Origin: Gammaproteobacteria bacterium
GTDB taxonomy: Bacteria > Pseudomonadota > Gammaproteobacteria > Eutrophobiales > Eutrophobiaceae
Length of the DNA stretch: 64,000 nt
NCBI GenBank assembly: GCA_965221695.1
Contig: OZ244905.1
Span: 1,344,001 to 1,408,000, forward strand
Direction of reading: 5' to 3'
Part shown: one piece after another, positions 37,909 to 47,682 of the stretch
Position numbering within the stretch: the first letter of the stretch is position 1
How the letters are laid out: every line of letters starts with the position of its first letter
Program-made: the position numbers and the translations under genes
Notes under the pieces: model-generated
What the model was told of the DNA's origin: nothing
Databases searched by the model: none
What the model saw: only the letters and a program-made list of their open reading frames with translations

Positions 37909-38148
37909 TTACGGGCGAGCAATCTCTCCTATAACTTCGCCAACAGGGTAGGTTTCTCCTTCCTGTCCGATGCGTTTGAGCATCCCATCAGCGGGCGCTT
38001 CCACATCCACCGCGGTTTTTTCTATCTCCAGTGAATACAGGGGTTCTCCTTCGCTGACCTGGCTGCCATCATCTGCATACCATTCCAGAAGAACACCATT
38101 TTGCATGGACACCGCCATCTTGGGAATCCGTAAAGTTATCAGTGACAT
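37909..38148 (-). CDS. Stand-alone lipoyl (biotin/lipoyl attachment) domain protein
   Basis: 79 aa with IPKMAVSMQNG and EIEKTAVDVEAPADG, an E2-type lipoyl domain with the conserved Lys. Confidence 0.85.
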   Translation of the reverse strand: MSLITLRIPKMAVSMQNGVLLEWYADDGSQVSEGEPLYSLEIEKTAVDVEAPADGMLKRIGQEGETYPVGEVIGEIARP

Positions 38149-38168
38149 GAAAGTACTCTCAATATTTG

Positions 38169-40193
38169 TCAGTTTGCCATAAGTTCTGCCGCCGCGATTC
38201 TTATCTTCTCAGCGTCAGGAAAGTAATGCTGTTCAAGTTCCCGCGCAAATGGCACGGGCGCATACGCCGCGGCAACCCGGGCTACGGGCGCTTTCAGTTC
38301 ATTATGCAGGCTGCGGTGTATCAGCGCGGCCAACTCTGCGCCGAAGCCACAGAACTCCACCGCAGAATGGGCAACAACAGCTCTTCCGGTCCTGGACACC
38401 GACGCCAGGATTGCTCCATGATCCAATGGCGCCAGGGTACGCAGATCCAGCACTTCGGCGCTGATTCCATCGTCCATCAATATCGCAGCAGCGGAAAGCG
38501 CTTCGGGAACCATCCAGCCATAGCACAGGATTGTAAGATCTGAACCTGCACGTTTTACATCTGCCACTCCCAGCGGGATCCGGTAATCGCCTGCAGGCAC
38601 GGGGCCGGAATTGAAGTACAGCCGCATGCTCTCAAAGAACACACATGGGTCATCGTCATAGATACAACTGAGCAGCAGTCCTTTAGCTTCCGCCGGGGTA
38701 GAGGGATAAACCACCTTCAGTCCGGGAGTATGCGTTAACCAGCCTTCCAGAGACTGGGAGTGCTGGGCGCCAAAGCTGCCGACATTGCCTGCCGTCATAG
38801 TTCTGATTGTCAGCGGCGCGCCGGTCCGACCGCCGGACATGTAGCGCAGTTTGGCCACATGGTTGGCAAGCTGGTCCATGCACACTGCTAGAAAGTCGTT
38901 GATCATAATCTCGGCGACCGGTCTCATACCTGCCATCGAAGCCCCCAAGGCCGCGCCGACGATGGCCTGTTCCGCAATCGGCGTGGGTCGTACACGGTCG
39001 AGCCCATGTTTTGTCGATAAGCCGGCGGTGGCTTTGACAACACCGCCGGCGGGATCATGTATGTCCTCACCCAACAGGAATACACTATCATCCTGGGCCA
39101 GGGCGAAATCAAGAGTATGGTTGACCGTTGCACAGAAGTTCATTTCCTTGCTTTCCCCGCTCGGTTGCTCAGGGGTGTCCGGCGCAGCAGCAGCATGGTA
39201 CGGCACCTGCGCGGCGTCGGCGAACACGTCAATATACAACTCCTCTTGGCCAGGGGGTGAAGCAGACAACGCAAAATCTATCGCTTCATCAACCTCGGCG
39301 CGCGCATCCGCTTCCAACGCGGCCAGCGCCTGCTCATCCACCACACCGGCCTGCAGGATTCGCTGCCGAAAGTTTGGCAGCGGCGCGTGTTTGAGCGCTG
39401 TCTCCAGCGCTTCCTGGTCCATGTGGGACTCCTCACTGCCGAAAGCATGGCCTTGTAACCGATGGCATATTGCTTCGACCAGGGTTGGTCCCTCACCGGC
39501 GCGCGCCCGTTGTGCGGCGGCCGTCAGCGCGTGCATCATCGCCACGGGGTCTGTCCCGTCCACCTGCTCTCCGCGCATGGCATAGGCTTGCGCCCGGCTG
39601 GCGATGTCAGGGTTGCGCGTATACTCCGACAACGCCGTATACTCTGCATACTGGTTGTTCTGACAGATGAAAATTACCGGCAGGTTCCACAATGACGCCA
39701 GGTTAAGCGCCTCGTGAAAAGCGCCGATACTGGAGGCTCCATCACCGAAACAAACCGCGGCGACACGATCCTCGCCGCGCAGGACACCAGCCAGGGCAAG
39801 ACCATTGGCGACCGGCAGGCCGGAGCCCACTATGCCCGTTGTCATCATCAATCCCACAGCGGGGTCGGACAGGTGCATGGGGCCGCCTTTACCTTTGGAA
39901 GTACCATTCACGCGCCCGTATAATTCCGCCATGATTTCCCGCATCGGTGTGCCTTTGGCCACGATATCGTGGATACCGCGATAAGTCGTCAGCAGATAAT
40001 CCCTTTCTGTCAGCGCGATGGAAATGCCGGCGGCAATAGCCTCCTGCCCACCACAGGGATAATATTGAAACTGGATGTCTCCTGCGCTCAGTCCCCGTTT
40101 AATCGCGTCGTCTGCTGCAGCGACGCGAACCATTGTTTTGTACAATGCGACACACACTTTGTCTGCGGGGAGATCTGTTTGTTTATTTTTCAT
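38169..40193 (-). CDS. Fused E1-alpha/E1-beta TPP-dependent 2-oxoacid/acetoin dehydrogenase
   Basis: GQEA, GKGGPMH and GDGA...NN TPP motif; the beta half has TPIAEQAIVG, AQHSQS and VLDLRTLAPLD. The start at 40193 avoids overlap with the IclR gene. Confidence 0.9.
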   Translation of the reverse strand: MKNKQTDLPADKVCVALYKTMVRVAAADDAIKRGLSAGDIQFQYYPCGGQEAIAAGISIALTERDYLLTTYRGIHDIVAKGTPMREIMAELYGRVNGTSKGKGGPMHLSDPAVGLMMTTGIVGSGLPVANGLALAGVLRGEDRVAAVCFGDGASSIGAFHEALNLASLWNLPVIFICQNNQYAEYTALSEYTRNPDIASRAQAYAMRGEQVDGTDPVAMMHALTAAAQRARAGEGPTLVEAICHRLQGHAFGSEESHMDQEALETALKHAPLPNFRQRILQAGVVDEQALAALEADARAEVDEAIDFALSASPPGQEELYIDVFADAAQVPYHAAAAPDTPEQPSGESKEMNFCATVNHTLDFALAQDDSVFLLGEDIHDPAGGVVKATAGLSTKHGLDRVRPTPIAEQAIVGAALGASMAGMRPVAEIMINDFLAVCMDQLANHVAKLRYMSGGRTGAPLTIRTMTAGNVGSFGAQHSQSLEGWLTHTPGLKVVYPSTPAEAKGLLLSCIYDDDPCVFFESMRLYFNSGPVPAGDYRIPLGVADVKRAGSDLTILCYGWMVPEALSAAAILMDDGISAEVLDLRTLAPLDHGAILASVSRTGRAVVAHSAVEFCGFGAELAALIHRSLHNELKAPVARVAAAYAPVPFARELEQHYFPDAEKIRIAAAELMAN

Positions 40194-40215
40194 GATCGTA
40201 ATATTTCTATTTGAT

Positions 40216-41043
40216 TTACAATGCGCGGGAAAAGTCTGCTGTTTCAACCCGCCGACTCATGGCTCGCTTCCTATAGCCGCCTACCACTGATTTAATCAGC
40301 TTTACAATTTCCGTTTCCATTTTACGGATACGCGTTGCCAGCCCGCCGACCGCAATAATCAGATTATTTTCCATGGGTTCATCGTGTAGCGGCATTGCTA
40401 TCGCGCCGGTGTCGGGCAGCACCCGGTTATAGAAATTGGCATAACCCAACTGTCTCACACTGGCCACCTCGCGGCGCATGCGAGCCTGGTCTTGCTCGTC
40501 CACAGCCCGGCCCTCATCCAAACCTTTATAACGTCTGTATAAATCATTGATAGCCGGATTGGATAACGTAGACAGGTAGGCAGCGCCAACTGAAGTGCCG
40601 AAAATCGGCGCCAAAAATCCCCTGGCAATGATAAGCGATATCGGAAATTTTCCGGGCAGCACTTTTACGAATTGCATGTTGCTTCCGTTACGCATGGACA
40701 GGGTAACGGTTTCACCCGTCGTTTCATGTAACTGCTCCAGCAGGTTGTCGACTTCGCGCTTGTCTATCAGCGCATGCGACACCCAGTCACTCAGATAAGC
40801 CACCCTGAATGACGGGAAATATTTCAGGGTATCCAAATCAATCGTCAGGTAACCCAATGCAACCAGACTCTTCAAAATAGCGTTCGTGCTTGATTTTGGA
40901 TAATCCAGCCGGCGTGAGATATCCATGCCTGTTAATGGAACCTTCATGGAGGAAAACAGCTCCAGAATTTCCATTACCCGTGCCGCCGACTTTACCAGGC
41001 CGTCTTCACGTTTTTGCCCTGTTCTACTTTCTACCGTAATAAT
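40216..41043 (-). CDS. IclR family regulator, start uncertain (first ATG 40974, possible ATT 41043)
   Basis: VKSAARVMEILELF, YPKSSTNAILKSLVALGYL, TGETVTL and TSVGAAYL. Confidence 0.85.
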   Translation of the reverse strand: MITVESRTGQKREDGLVKSAARVMEILELFSSMKVPLTGMDISRRLDYPKSSTNAILKSLVALGYLTIDLDTLKYFPSFRVAYLSDWVSHALIDKREVDNLLEQLHETTGETVTLSMRNGSNMQFVKVLPGKFPISLIIARGFLAPIFGTSVGAAYLSTLSNPAINDLYRRYKGLDEGRAVDEQDQARMRREVASVRQLGYANFYNRVLPDTGAIAMPLHDEPMENNLIIAVGGLATRIRKMETEIVKLIKSVVGGYRKRAMSRRVETADFSRAL

Positions 41044-41065
41044 GGTGAATTCCTCACGAAATAGT

Positions 41066-41081
41066 GTTCACGAATATGAAC
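41066..41081. promoter_or_regulatory. Candidate IclR operator palindrome
   Basis: GTTCA-CGAATA-TGAAC in the divergent IclR/TonB intergenic region. Confidence 0.4.
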
Positions 41082-41160
41082 CTGCATTGCATATATATGT
41101 AAACTAGCATAAGCTGTCTTCTGATTAAAGTCAAGAAGCGCTTAAACCAAGCACTTAAAC

Positions 41161-41240
41161 TAAGGAACTTTTAATTGAGCCGGTAATTGAGCCGGAGTAT
41201 CTCTGACAAGTCTTGGATAGACATGTTCGGAACTCCCTTA
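41161..41240 (-). repeat. Degenerate internally rearranged copy of family R1
   Basis: The reverse complement of 41201-41240 (TAAGGGAGTTCCGAACATGTCTATCCAAGACTTGTCAGAG) matches the R1 left hairpin. The other end is TAAGGAACTT, and TAATTGAGCCGG is tandemly duplicated at 41172-41195. Confidence 0.65.
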
Positions 41241-41317
41241 ATTTCAGGTTCCTATCGTAGAGAGATGTTCCGTTAACCTGTCTCTGATGAGGAGGAAACA
41301 TCCAGGGGTATAAAGCC

Positions 41318-43537
41318 ATGCACAAATCACTAAAAGCAGTTAACTGCCTGCGTACAAGCAACATTATGATGGTCCTCGGTCTGCTGGTCTTATGGACAGG
41401 ACAGGCACGAACCCAAAGCGATGTATTGGAAGAAATAGTGGTCACCGCGGAGAGGCGCGCGGTCAGCATGCAGGACACCGCTATCTCCATCACGGCATTC
41501 ACGGGAGAACAACTGGCCAGGGCCGGTATTGAAACATCCGAACAACTTACAGGTTTCACACCTGGTCTTAATATACAACGGGATGTAATTGGCAAAGTGG
41601 TTATGCGCGGCATCGGCACCGAGAATTTTACCGTCGCCGGCGACCCGGGCGTTGCGGTCTCCATCGATGGCGCCTACCTGTCCCGCTCCAATGTAGCCAT
41701 ATTTGACCTCTATGACCTGGACCGCGTTGAAGTCCTGCGAGGGCCGCAAGGCACGCTTTATGGCCGTAATGCAACCGGCGGGGCGATAAACTTCATCACC
41801 GAAAAACCGACTCAAGAGTTGGCCGGATACATCTCCGCGGAGTACGGCAACTACGATAAAATCCGGGTGGAAGGCGCGATCAGCGGCCCTCTGGGTGAGC
41901 ACGTCAGGGCGCGCCTGTCCGGATTGACCCACCATCGCGATGGCTTTACCGACAACGTGTTTCCAGGTATCGGCGCTGGTCTGGACGAACTGGATGACAA
42001 GGATCTGTGGGCGCTGCGCGGACAACTGGAGTTCCGCCCTTCCGAAACACTATCCATCCTGGTCTCAGTCGATAATTACGAAGACGACAGCATCGCGTCA
42101 CCCTATAAGTACATCGCGGACCCGCTGATTTATTTCGGCGGGGCGCCTTTCCCGAACCCGCTTCAGAGCGACTTGTTCACCGTATCACAGGGCTATGAAC
42201 TGGACACACCCGGATTCCCGGACTGGCGCGCGCCAAGCCCGGGCCAGGCATCACAGACAGGCGCCAGCGGCACGATCACCTGGGATGTAACACCGGGTCT
42301 GACTGTGAAGTCGATCAGCGCCTGGCGGGATATCAGTTTTGAATGGTTGAATGACGGCGACGGCATTGAGGCTTACCTGGTGAATTACTGGCAGGACGAT
42401 TCTTCCGAGCTGTTCACCCAGGAAGTCCAGTTGCTTTCGGATACCGGCGGAAGACTGAGTTGGATCATTGGTGGATATTTGCTGACAGAGGATTCGGACT
42501 CCCGCATCGGCATCCCGTTGCCTTTGGGCGCGGGTCTGCCGCTGGCAGTGCTGATCGAAGGCTCCACAGAAACAGACGCTTATGCGGTATTCGGTGAAGC
42601 CAGTTATAACGTTTTCGAGCGGCTGAAAGCAACGGCCGGTTTGCGTTACAGTTACGAAGAAAAATCCGCGGATTATGTGGACGATCGCACCTCGTTGGGC
42701 GCGCCCGCACCCGGGATGATCGATGATTCCGATAGTTGGAGCGCCTTTACCCCGAAGTTCGGCCTGGACTACTTCATCAACGATGACATTATGCTCTATG
42801 GCTCGGTTACCTGGGGTTTCAAGAGCGGCGGCTTCAATATGCTTGCAATACAACCGAGTTATAATGAGGAAGAGGTGATCAGTTACGAAGTCGGTTTCAA
42901 GAGCCGTTTCAACCAGGACCGCACCCAACTGAACGCATCCGCATTCTACTATGATTATGAGGATTTGCAGGTAGGCAAGGTGGTGGAACTCAACGCCACT
43001 ATCGAGAACGCCGCGCAAGCAACCATCTATGGCGCCGAGATAGAGCTGGATACCTTGCTCACGGAACAATTCAGAGTATCTGCCGGCGTTTCCATCCTGG
43101 AAACCGAATACGACAGTTTTATCACAGAGGACAAAGACTTGTTCGGCGCTCCTTCAGTGAGCCTGAAAGGTAATGAATTGCCGCGCGCGCCTAATTTTAC
43201 CAGTTCCGTCAGCGCGCAATACATCCTGCCGTTGGGCGCAATGGGTGAACTGGAGGCGTGGTTCAACTGGCAGCATACGGGCAGCCAGTATTTCACGCCT
43301 TTCAACAGGGCTAGCTTCAAGCAGGATTCCTATGACCTGATTAACGCCAGGGTCAGTTACAAGGCGACCGAAAACTGGGAGATATCGGTCTATGGCCAAA
43401 ACCTGAGTGACGAGGAGTATTTTACCAATGCCCTCGAATCCGGTGTGCCGACGCCGGGAGTGGATCGTGTCGTCCCGCAATTCTTTGTCGGCGCGCCGAG
43501 AACCTACGGAGTCAGGATCAGGTATCTGTTTAACTGA
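41318..43537 (+). CDS. TonB-dependent receptor
   Basis: LEEIVVTAERR, RVEVLRGPQGTLYGRNATGG and C-terminal PRTYGVRIRYLF. Confidence 0.93.
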   Translation: MHKSLKAVNCLRTSNIMMVLGLLVLWTGQARTQSDVLEEIVVTAERRAVSMQDTAISITAFTGEQLARAGIETSEQLTGFTPGLNIQRDVIGKVVMRGIGTENFTVAGDPGVAVSIDGAYLSRSNVAIFDLYDLDRVEVLRGPQGTLYGRNATGGAINFITEKPTQELAGYISAEYGNYDKIRVEGAISGPLGEHVRARLSGLTHHRDGFTDNVFPGIGAGLDELDDKDLWALRGQLEFRPSETLSILVSVDNYEDDSIASPYKYIADPLIYFGGAPFPNPLQSDLFTVSQGYELDTPGFPDWRAPSPGQASQTGASGTITWDVTPGLTVKSISAWRDISFEWLNDGDGIEAYLVNYWQDDSSELFTQEVQLLSDTGGRLSWIIGGYLLTEDSDSRIGIPLPLGAGLPLAVLIEGSTETDAYAVFGEASYNVFERLKATAGLRYSYEEKSADYVDDRTSLGAPAPGMIDDSDSWSAFTPKFGLDYFINDDIMLYGSVTWGFKSGGFNMLAIQPSYNEEEVISYEVGFKSRFNQDRTQLNASAFYYDYEDLQVGKVVELNATIENAAQATIYGAEIELDTLLTEQFRVSAGVSILETEYDSFITEDKDLFGAPSVSLKGNELPRAPNFTSSVSAQYILPLGAMGELEAWFNWQHTGSQYFTPFNRASFKQDSYDLINARVSYKATENWEISVYGQNLSDEEYFTNALESGVPTPGVDRVVPQFFVGAPRTYGVRIRYLFN

Positions 43538-43566
43538 TACCTGATACGGACCTTGCGCGCATCGTC

Positions 43567-44385
43567 ATGGCCTACTACCAACTCACGGATGGTGTTCCTG
43601 TCTACTACATTGATCAGGGAAGCGGACGACCGCTGGTATTGCTGAATGCGCTGATGTTCTCAGCCGATTATTTCTGGCAGAAAAATCTGCCGGAACTGGC
43701 CGCACAGGTCCGGGTTATCGCGCCGGATCTACGCGGCCAGGGACTCAGCGGCAAACCCAATCATGGCTATACGATTAAGCAACTTGCCAGTGACTTGCAT
43801 GAGTTGCTTGAACATTTGGACCTGAATGATATTGTGCTGCTCGGTTATTCCCTCGGCGGATTCGTCGCGTTACAGTATCTTGCCGATTATTCCAGCGCGC
43901 GCACAGGCCATCTGGCGCTGATGGAAATGACACCGAGGCTTCCCTCCACCGAGGGCTGGGAACACCCGACCTTCGGAGACTTCCCCAAGGACGCTGCAGA
44001 CGCTTATGGCGCTTCATTACGCAAGGACCGCTCCATCTACGACGATTTTTTTCAGGCAGCCTTCCTGGAACCACCGACAGGTGATGCTCTCCTGGAGATG
44101 GTTGCCCAGACCTGGCTTACCCCCACCGACGTCGCAGCCACCATGATCGATGAAATGGTAAAACAGGATTGGCGTGCGCATCTTAGCGGCATCACCGTAC
44201 CGACCACCTTGTTATACAGCTATCCCAATAACAGGATTTTGCCAACACCGGTAGGACAATGGATGGCAGAACAAATACCTGGCGCTTCGCTGGCGCTGTT
44301 TGACAAAAGCAGCCACGCGCCATTCTGGGAAGAGCCGGAAAAATTCAACCGGTCGCTGTTGGCCATATCAGCTTCCGCACAATAA
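43567..44385 (+). CDS. Alpha/beta hydrolase (non-heme haloperoxidase/esterase-like)
   Basis: DLRGQGLS, nucleophile elbow GYSLGG and SHAPFWEEPEKFN. Confidence 0.88.
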   Translation: MAYYQLTDGVPVYYIDQGSGRPLVLLNALMFSADYFWQKNLPELAAQVRVIAPDLRGQGLSGKPNHGYTIKQLASDLHELLEHLDLNDIVLLGYSLGGFVALQYLADYSSARTGHLALMEMTPRLPSTEGWEHPTFGDFPKDAADAYGASLRKDRSIYDDFFQAAFLEPPTGDALLEMVAQTWLTPTDVAATMIDEMVKQDWRAHLSGITVPTTLLYSYPNNRILPTPVGQWMAEQIPGASLALFDKSSHAPFWEEPEKFNRSLLAISASAQ

Positions 44386-44399
44386 CCTTTACCTCGGCA

Positions 44400-45074
44400 A
44401 TGAACACGGCGCCCAGTTTCCTCTATTTGCAGCTATCCGGAACCGGTAGCAATATGGCTTACCTGGATGCGCTGCAAGAATTGCTTGCCACAGAGTCATG
44501 CAGGTTGCTTGGAACAGGCGACCGCGCCACAGTAGAATGCCTGGAGGCCGGCACACCGCCGGCAGAGCTTGCGCTGTTCCGGTTTGAGGACGCGCAACTG
44601 GCCAGGGAACTGTGGAACAGCGATGCCAACCAGCACCTGCTTGCCGCCAACGGGCTGGCTGACGATCCCGGAACATTGGCATTGCTGGCGCCGGGATTAC
44701 CCCACATCGGTCTGCCGGAAACGCCCGAAATACCCACTATCGCATCGGTTGAACCGCCGGCCGGAAGAGGCCCCCGCTGTTATATGGTCATCCAGGGAAC
44801 CGGCACGGACCAGGCCAGGATGGACAGGTACCGGGACATCATCCTGCCAATGATGGCGGAATTGGGCAGCTTCTACATTGCTTTCAACATCGGAGGAGGA
44901 ACCGATGTGCTTGCCGGAACCTGGCCCTGGGAGATTTTTGCCGTTTCCCGCTGGCCGGATTACCGCGCCGGACACGATTTCTGGGATTCTGATCGCTACC
45001 GCAATGTGGCAATACCCTTGCGTACCGGCGCAGGGACATTTCATGTACACTTTTTCAAGGGTGAAACTGACTGA
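44400..45074 (+). CDS. DUF1330-like tandem domain protein
   Basis: Two similar halves ending LFRFEDAQLARELWNS and VSRWPDYRAGHDFWDSDRY...IPLR. Confidence 0.6.
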   Translation: MNTAPSFLYLQLSGTGSNMAYLDALQELLATESCRLLGTGDRATVECLEAGTPPAELALFRFEDAQLARELWNSDANQHLLAANGLADDPGTLALLAPGLPHIGLPETPEIPTIASVEPPAGRGPRCYMVIQGTGTDQARMDRYRDIILPMMAELGSFYIAFNIGGGTDVLAGTWPWEIFAVSRWPDYRAGHDFWDSDRYRNVAIPLRTGAGTFHVHFFKGETD

Positions 45075-45113
45075 GCACCCAGAAACTGGTAAGCCGTTAA
45101 CCGTTACAATTCC

Positions 45114-46007
45114 ATGGCCGGATATATCGACATCGTATGCAACCTTTACACGCCCCGGGTGGTTGCCGAGGGCCGCGACGGTCTTGACAGCGCGTTCAAA
45201 TCCCAGGTGCGGATGCCGCAAGCGATCCGGGGAGGCGTGACCATTGAGGACTACCTGAATAAAATGGACAGGTCTGGCGTCGAACTCTCGTTCCTCATTG
45301 CCGTTCGAGGAGGCGACCTGCGCATGGAAGGTTCATTTGAAGTGCCTTACCAGTATGTGATGGATGTTTGCAGCGAATATCCCGACAGGTTTGCGGGAAT
45401 TGCAGGCATAGATCCCATGCGCGGCATGAAGGGGCTGAAAGAACTTGAGATTGCAGTAACCGACCTTGGTTTCATCGGCGCGCATTGGTATCCGCACTGG
45501 TTCAATATGCCGCCGGATGCCGCGCAGATATACCCGTATTACGCCAAGTGCTGCGAGCTCGATATACCAATCATGTTGCAGGTGGGACAGAATCTCGTAT
45601 ACAGCAGGGACAGACGGCTGCTCAGTGTCGCCCGGCCCATTACCCTGGACGCAGTTGCCTGTGATTTCCCCGAACTCAAACTCATCGGGATCCATATTGG
45701 CGTGCCATGGACTGAGGAAATGATCGCGATGGCATGGAAACATGAGAACGTCTTCATCGGCTCCGATGCGTATGCGCCAAAACACTGGCCGCGCGAATTT
45801 ATTCATTATGCGAACACCTATGGAAAGGAAAAGGTGTTGTTTGGCACGGATTGGCCCGTGATTGATCCTGAACGCGCGGTGAGTGAAGTAACAGAGCTTG
45901 GTTTCCGGGATGAATCCTTTTCTTTGTTGATGCGCGACAATGCGCGGCGTGTTTTCGGATTAGCGAATAGCGCAGCTCAACCGCGCAAGGCTGGTTTGCA
46001 GACCTGA
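45114..46007 (+). CDS. Amidohydrolase_2 family protein
   Basis: YPDRFAG, PYYAKCCELDIP, FPELKLIGIHIGVPW and KVLFGTDWP. Confidence 0.9.
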   Translation: MAGYIDIVCNLYTPRVVAEGRDGLDSAFKSQVRMPQAIRGGVTIEDYLNKMDRSGVELSFLIAVRGGDLRMEGSFEVPYQYVMDVCSEYPDRFAGIAGIDPMRGMKGLKELEIAVTDLGFIGAHWYPHWFNMPPDAAQIYPYYAKCCELDIPIMLQVGQNLVYSRDRRLLSVARPITLDAVACDFPELKLIGIHIGVPWTEEMIAMAWKHENVFIGSDAYAPKHWPREFIHYANTYGKEKVLFGTDWPVIDPERAVSEVTELGFRDESFSLLMRDNARRVFGLANSAAQPRKAGLQT

Positions 46008-46019
46008 CGGGAGCCACGG

Positions 46020-47570
46020 ATGATTGCAGATCCGACTGTTGTTACCGATACGCCGCCATCCGTTGCGACCGCTATAGCGCAAAACGCCGCCCGCGACCCC
46101 GACAAAGTCGCCGCCGAGGATCGTTTTCGAAAGGTCAGTTACTCTGCGCTCAGCAAACGCATAGCGGCCGCGGCAACGATGGCATTCCGGGAACCGCTGC
46201 TTGCCGGCGGGCAGCATTGCGGCATCCTGTCAAAAAACCGCATCGAATATATCGAACTCGTCGCCGGCCTGCCTGAGGCCCGCATTGCCGCAACCACCAT
46301 CAATCCCCTGCTGTCTCCCCGTGAGATACAAGAGATATGTGATGACGCAAGGGTAAAGGTACTATTTGTTGACCCACCCAATGAGTCGGTTGTTTCCGGC
46401 TTAACATTTGCTACGGTTGAAAAAACGATCGTTTTTGGCAGCCAATATGAATCCTGGCTGGCGCAGGCGGAACACGGACTGCGGCTGCCTGGCGCTGACC
46501 AGGAGCGTCCGTTCACAATTCCGTACACCTCCGGGACTACCGGAAAACCCAAAGGCGTGTTGGTTTCGATGCGTTCCAGGGTAAGAACGTTTTCCGGCAT
46601 GCAGTCCTGTTACGGCTGTTTCGGCCCGGATGACCGTTTCCTTGCGTTGGCGCCACTATGTCATGGAGCGGGCCTGCTGTTTCCACTCGCTGCCGTATAT
46701 TTTGGCGGTTTCACCCGGATACTGGATGCTTTTGACCCGGAACAGGTTCTCAGGCTGTTGAATGAAGATTCCATAAGCGGTGTGTTTATGGTGCCCACGC
46801 ATTTTCATCGTATCTTCGCGCTTGAGGATAACCTGCTCAGGAAGATGTCACCCTATCGCTGTTTGCGAACCATCATATCCAACGCGGCGCCGCTGCCGCA
46901 AGCGTTCAAGGAAAGGATCATCGCTTATTTCGGCGAAGGGTTGCTGCACGAGACCTACGGCTCCACGGAGGGCGGTATCGTCTCCAACCTGCAACCTGCT
47001 GACCAGTTGCGCAAATTCCAATGCGTCGGGCAGCCTTTTCCGAATACCGAAATAAGTATTCGAGACGAGAACGGCGCGGAATGCGCTGCAGGGGAAATCG
47101 GCGAATTGTTTTCCCGAAGTCCTTACCTGTTTAACGGTTATTGGCAACGGAACAGCGAAACTGAACAAGCGCTAAGAGACGGCTGGTGCACCGTAGGCGA
47201 CCTCGCCCGTTTTGATGATGAAGGCCATGTTTATATTGTTGACCGGAAAAAAGACATGATCATCACCGGCGGCATTAATGTTTACCCCCGGGAGATAGAG
47301 GAAACCCTGCTCAGGCACACCGATATCGTAGATGCCGCGGTGGTCGGCGTCGCAGATGACAAATGGGGAGAAAGAATCAAGGCATTTGTGGTAACCCGCG
47401 ATGGCGCGCCGCCGAATGAGGCAGAACTCCGCCAACACTGCGAAACGACTCTTGCCAGGTTCAAAACGCCGGCGGAAATCCAAGCGATAAATCAAATTCC
47501 CCGAAATGCCTCCGGCAAAATATTGAAAACGGAACTGCGCAAACTCCAAGATAATGTAACCGCTGATTAA
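46020..47570 (+). CDS. Acyl-CoA synthetase (AMP-binding)
   Basis: YTSGTTGKPKG, YGSTEGG, GDLA, DRKKDMIITGGINVYPREIE and PRNASGKILK. Confidence 0.92.
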   Translation: MIADPTVVTDTPPSVATAIAQNAARDPDKVAAEDRFRKVSYSALSKRIAAAATMAFREPLLAGGQHCGILSKNRIEYIELVAGLPEARIAATTINPLLSPREIQEICDDARVKVLFVDPPNESVVSGLTFATVEKTIVFGSQYESWLAQAEHGLRLPGADQERPFTIPYTSGTTGKPKGVLVSMRSRVRTFSGMQSCYGCFGPDDRFLALAPLCHGAGLLFPLAAVYFGGFTRILDAFDPEQVLRLLNEDSISGVFMVPTHFHRIFALEDNLLRKMSPYRCLRTIISNAAPLPQAFKERIIAYFGEGLLHETYGSTEGGIVSNLQPADQLRKFQCVGQPFPNTEISIRDENGAECAAGEIGELFSRSPYLFNGYWQRNSETEQALRDGWCTVGDLARFDDEGHVYIVDRKKDMIITGGINVYPREIEETLLRHTDIVDAAVVGVADDKWGERIKAFVVTRDGAPPNEAELRQHCETTLARFKTPAEIQAINQIPRNASGKILKTELRKLQDNVTAD

Positions 47571-47651
47571 ATCGGAGGATTCGACGCGGCTGGGATACCA
47601 CTCTTATGGTCCGGAAACGACTTATGACATAGCAGCCGTGATATGATGAGC

Positions 47652-47682
47652 AAAGGAAACTGACTTGATCACAGGTTCCCTA
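47652..47682 (+). repeat. Degenerate short copy of family R1 immediately before the trkH ATG
   Basis: AAAGGAAAC--TGACTTGATCACAGGTTCCCTA compared with TAGGAACCTCTGACTTAATCAGAGGTTCCTTA. Confidence 0.55.

Noticed and set aside
3393-47570. NRPS or other biosynthetic cluster built on the three AMP-binding enzymes
   Set aside because: No condensation, carrier (phosphopantetheine Ser motif) or ketosynthase domains were seen. The small 79-aa protein is a lipoyl domain, not an ACP.
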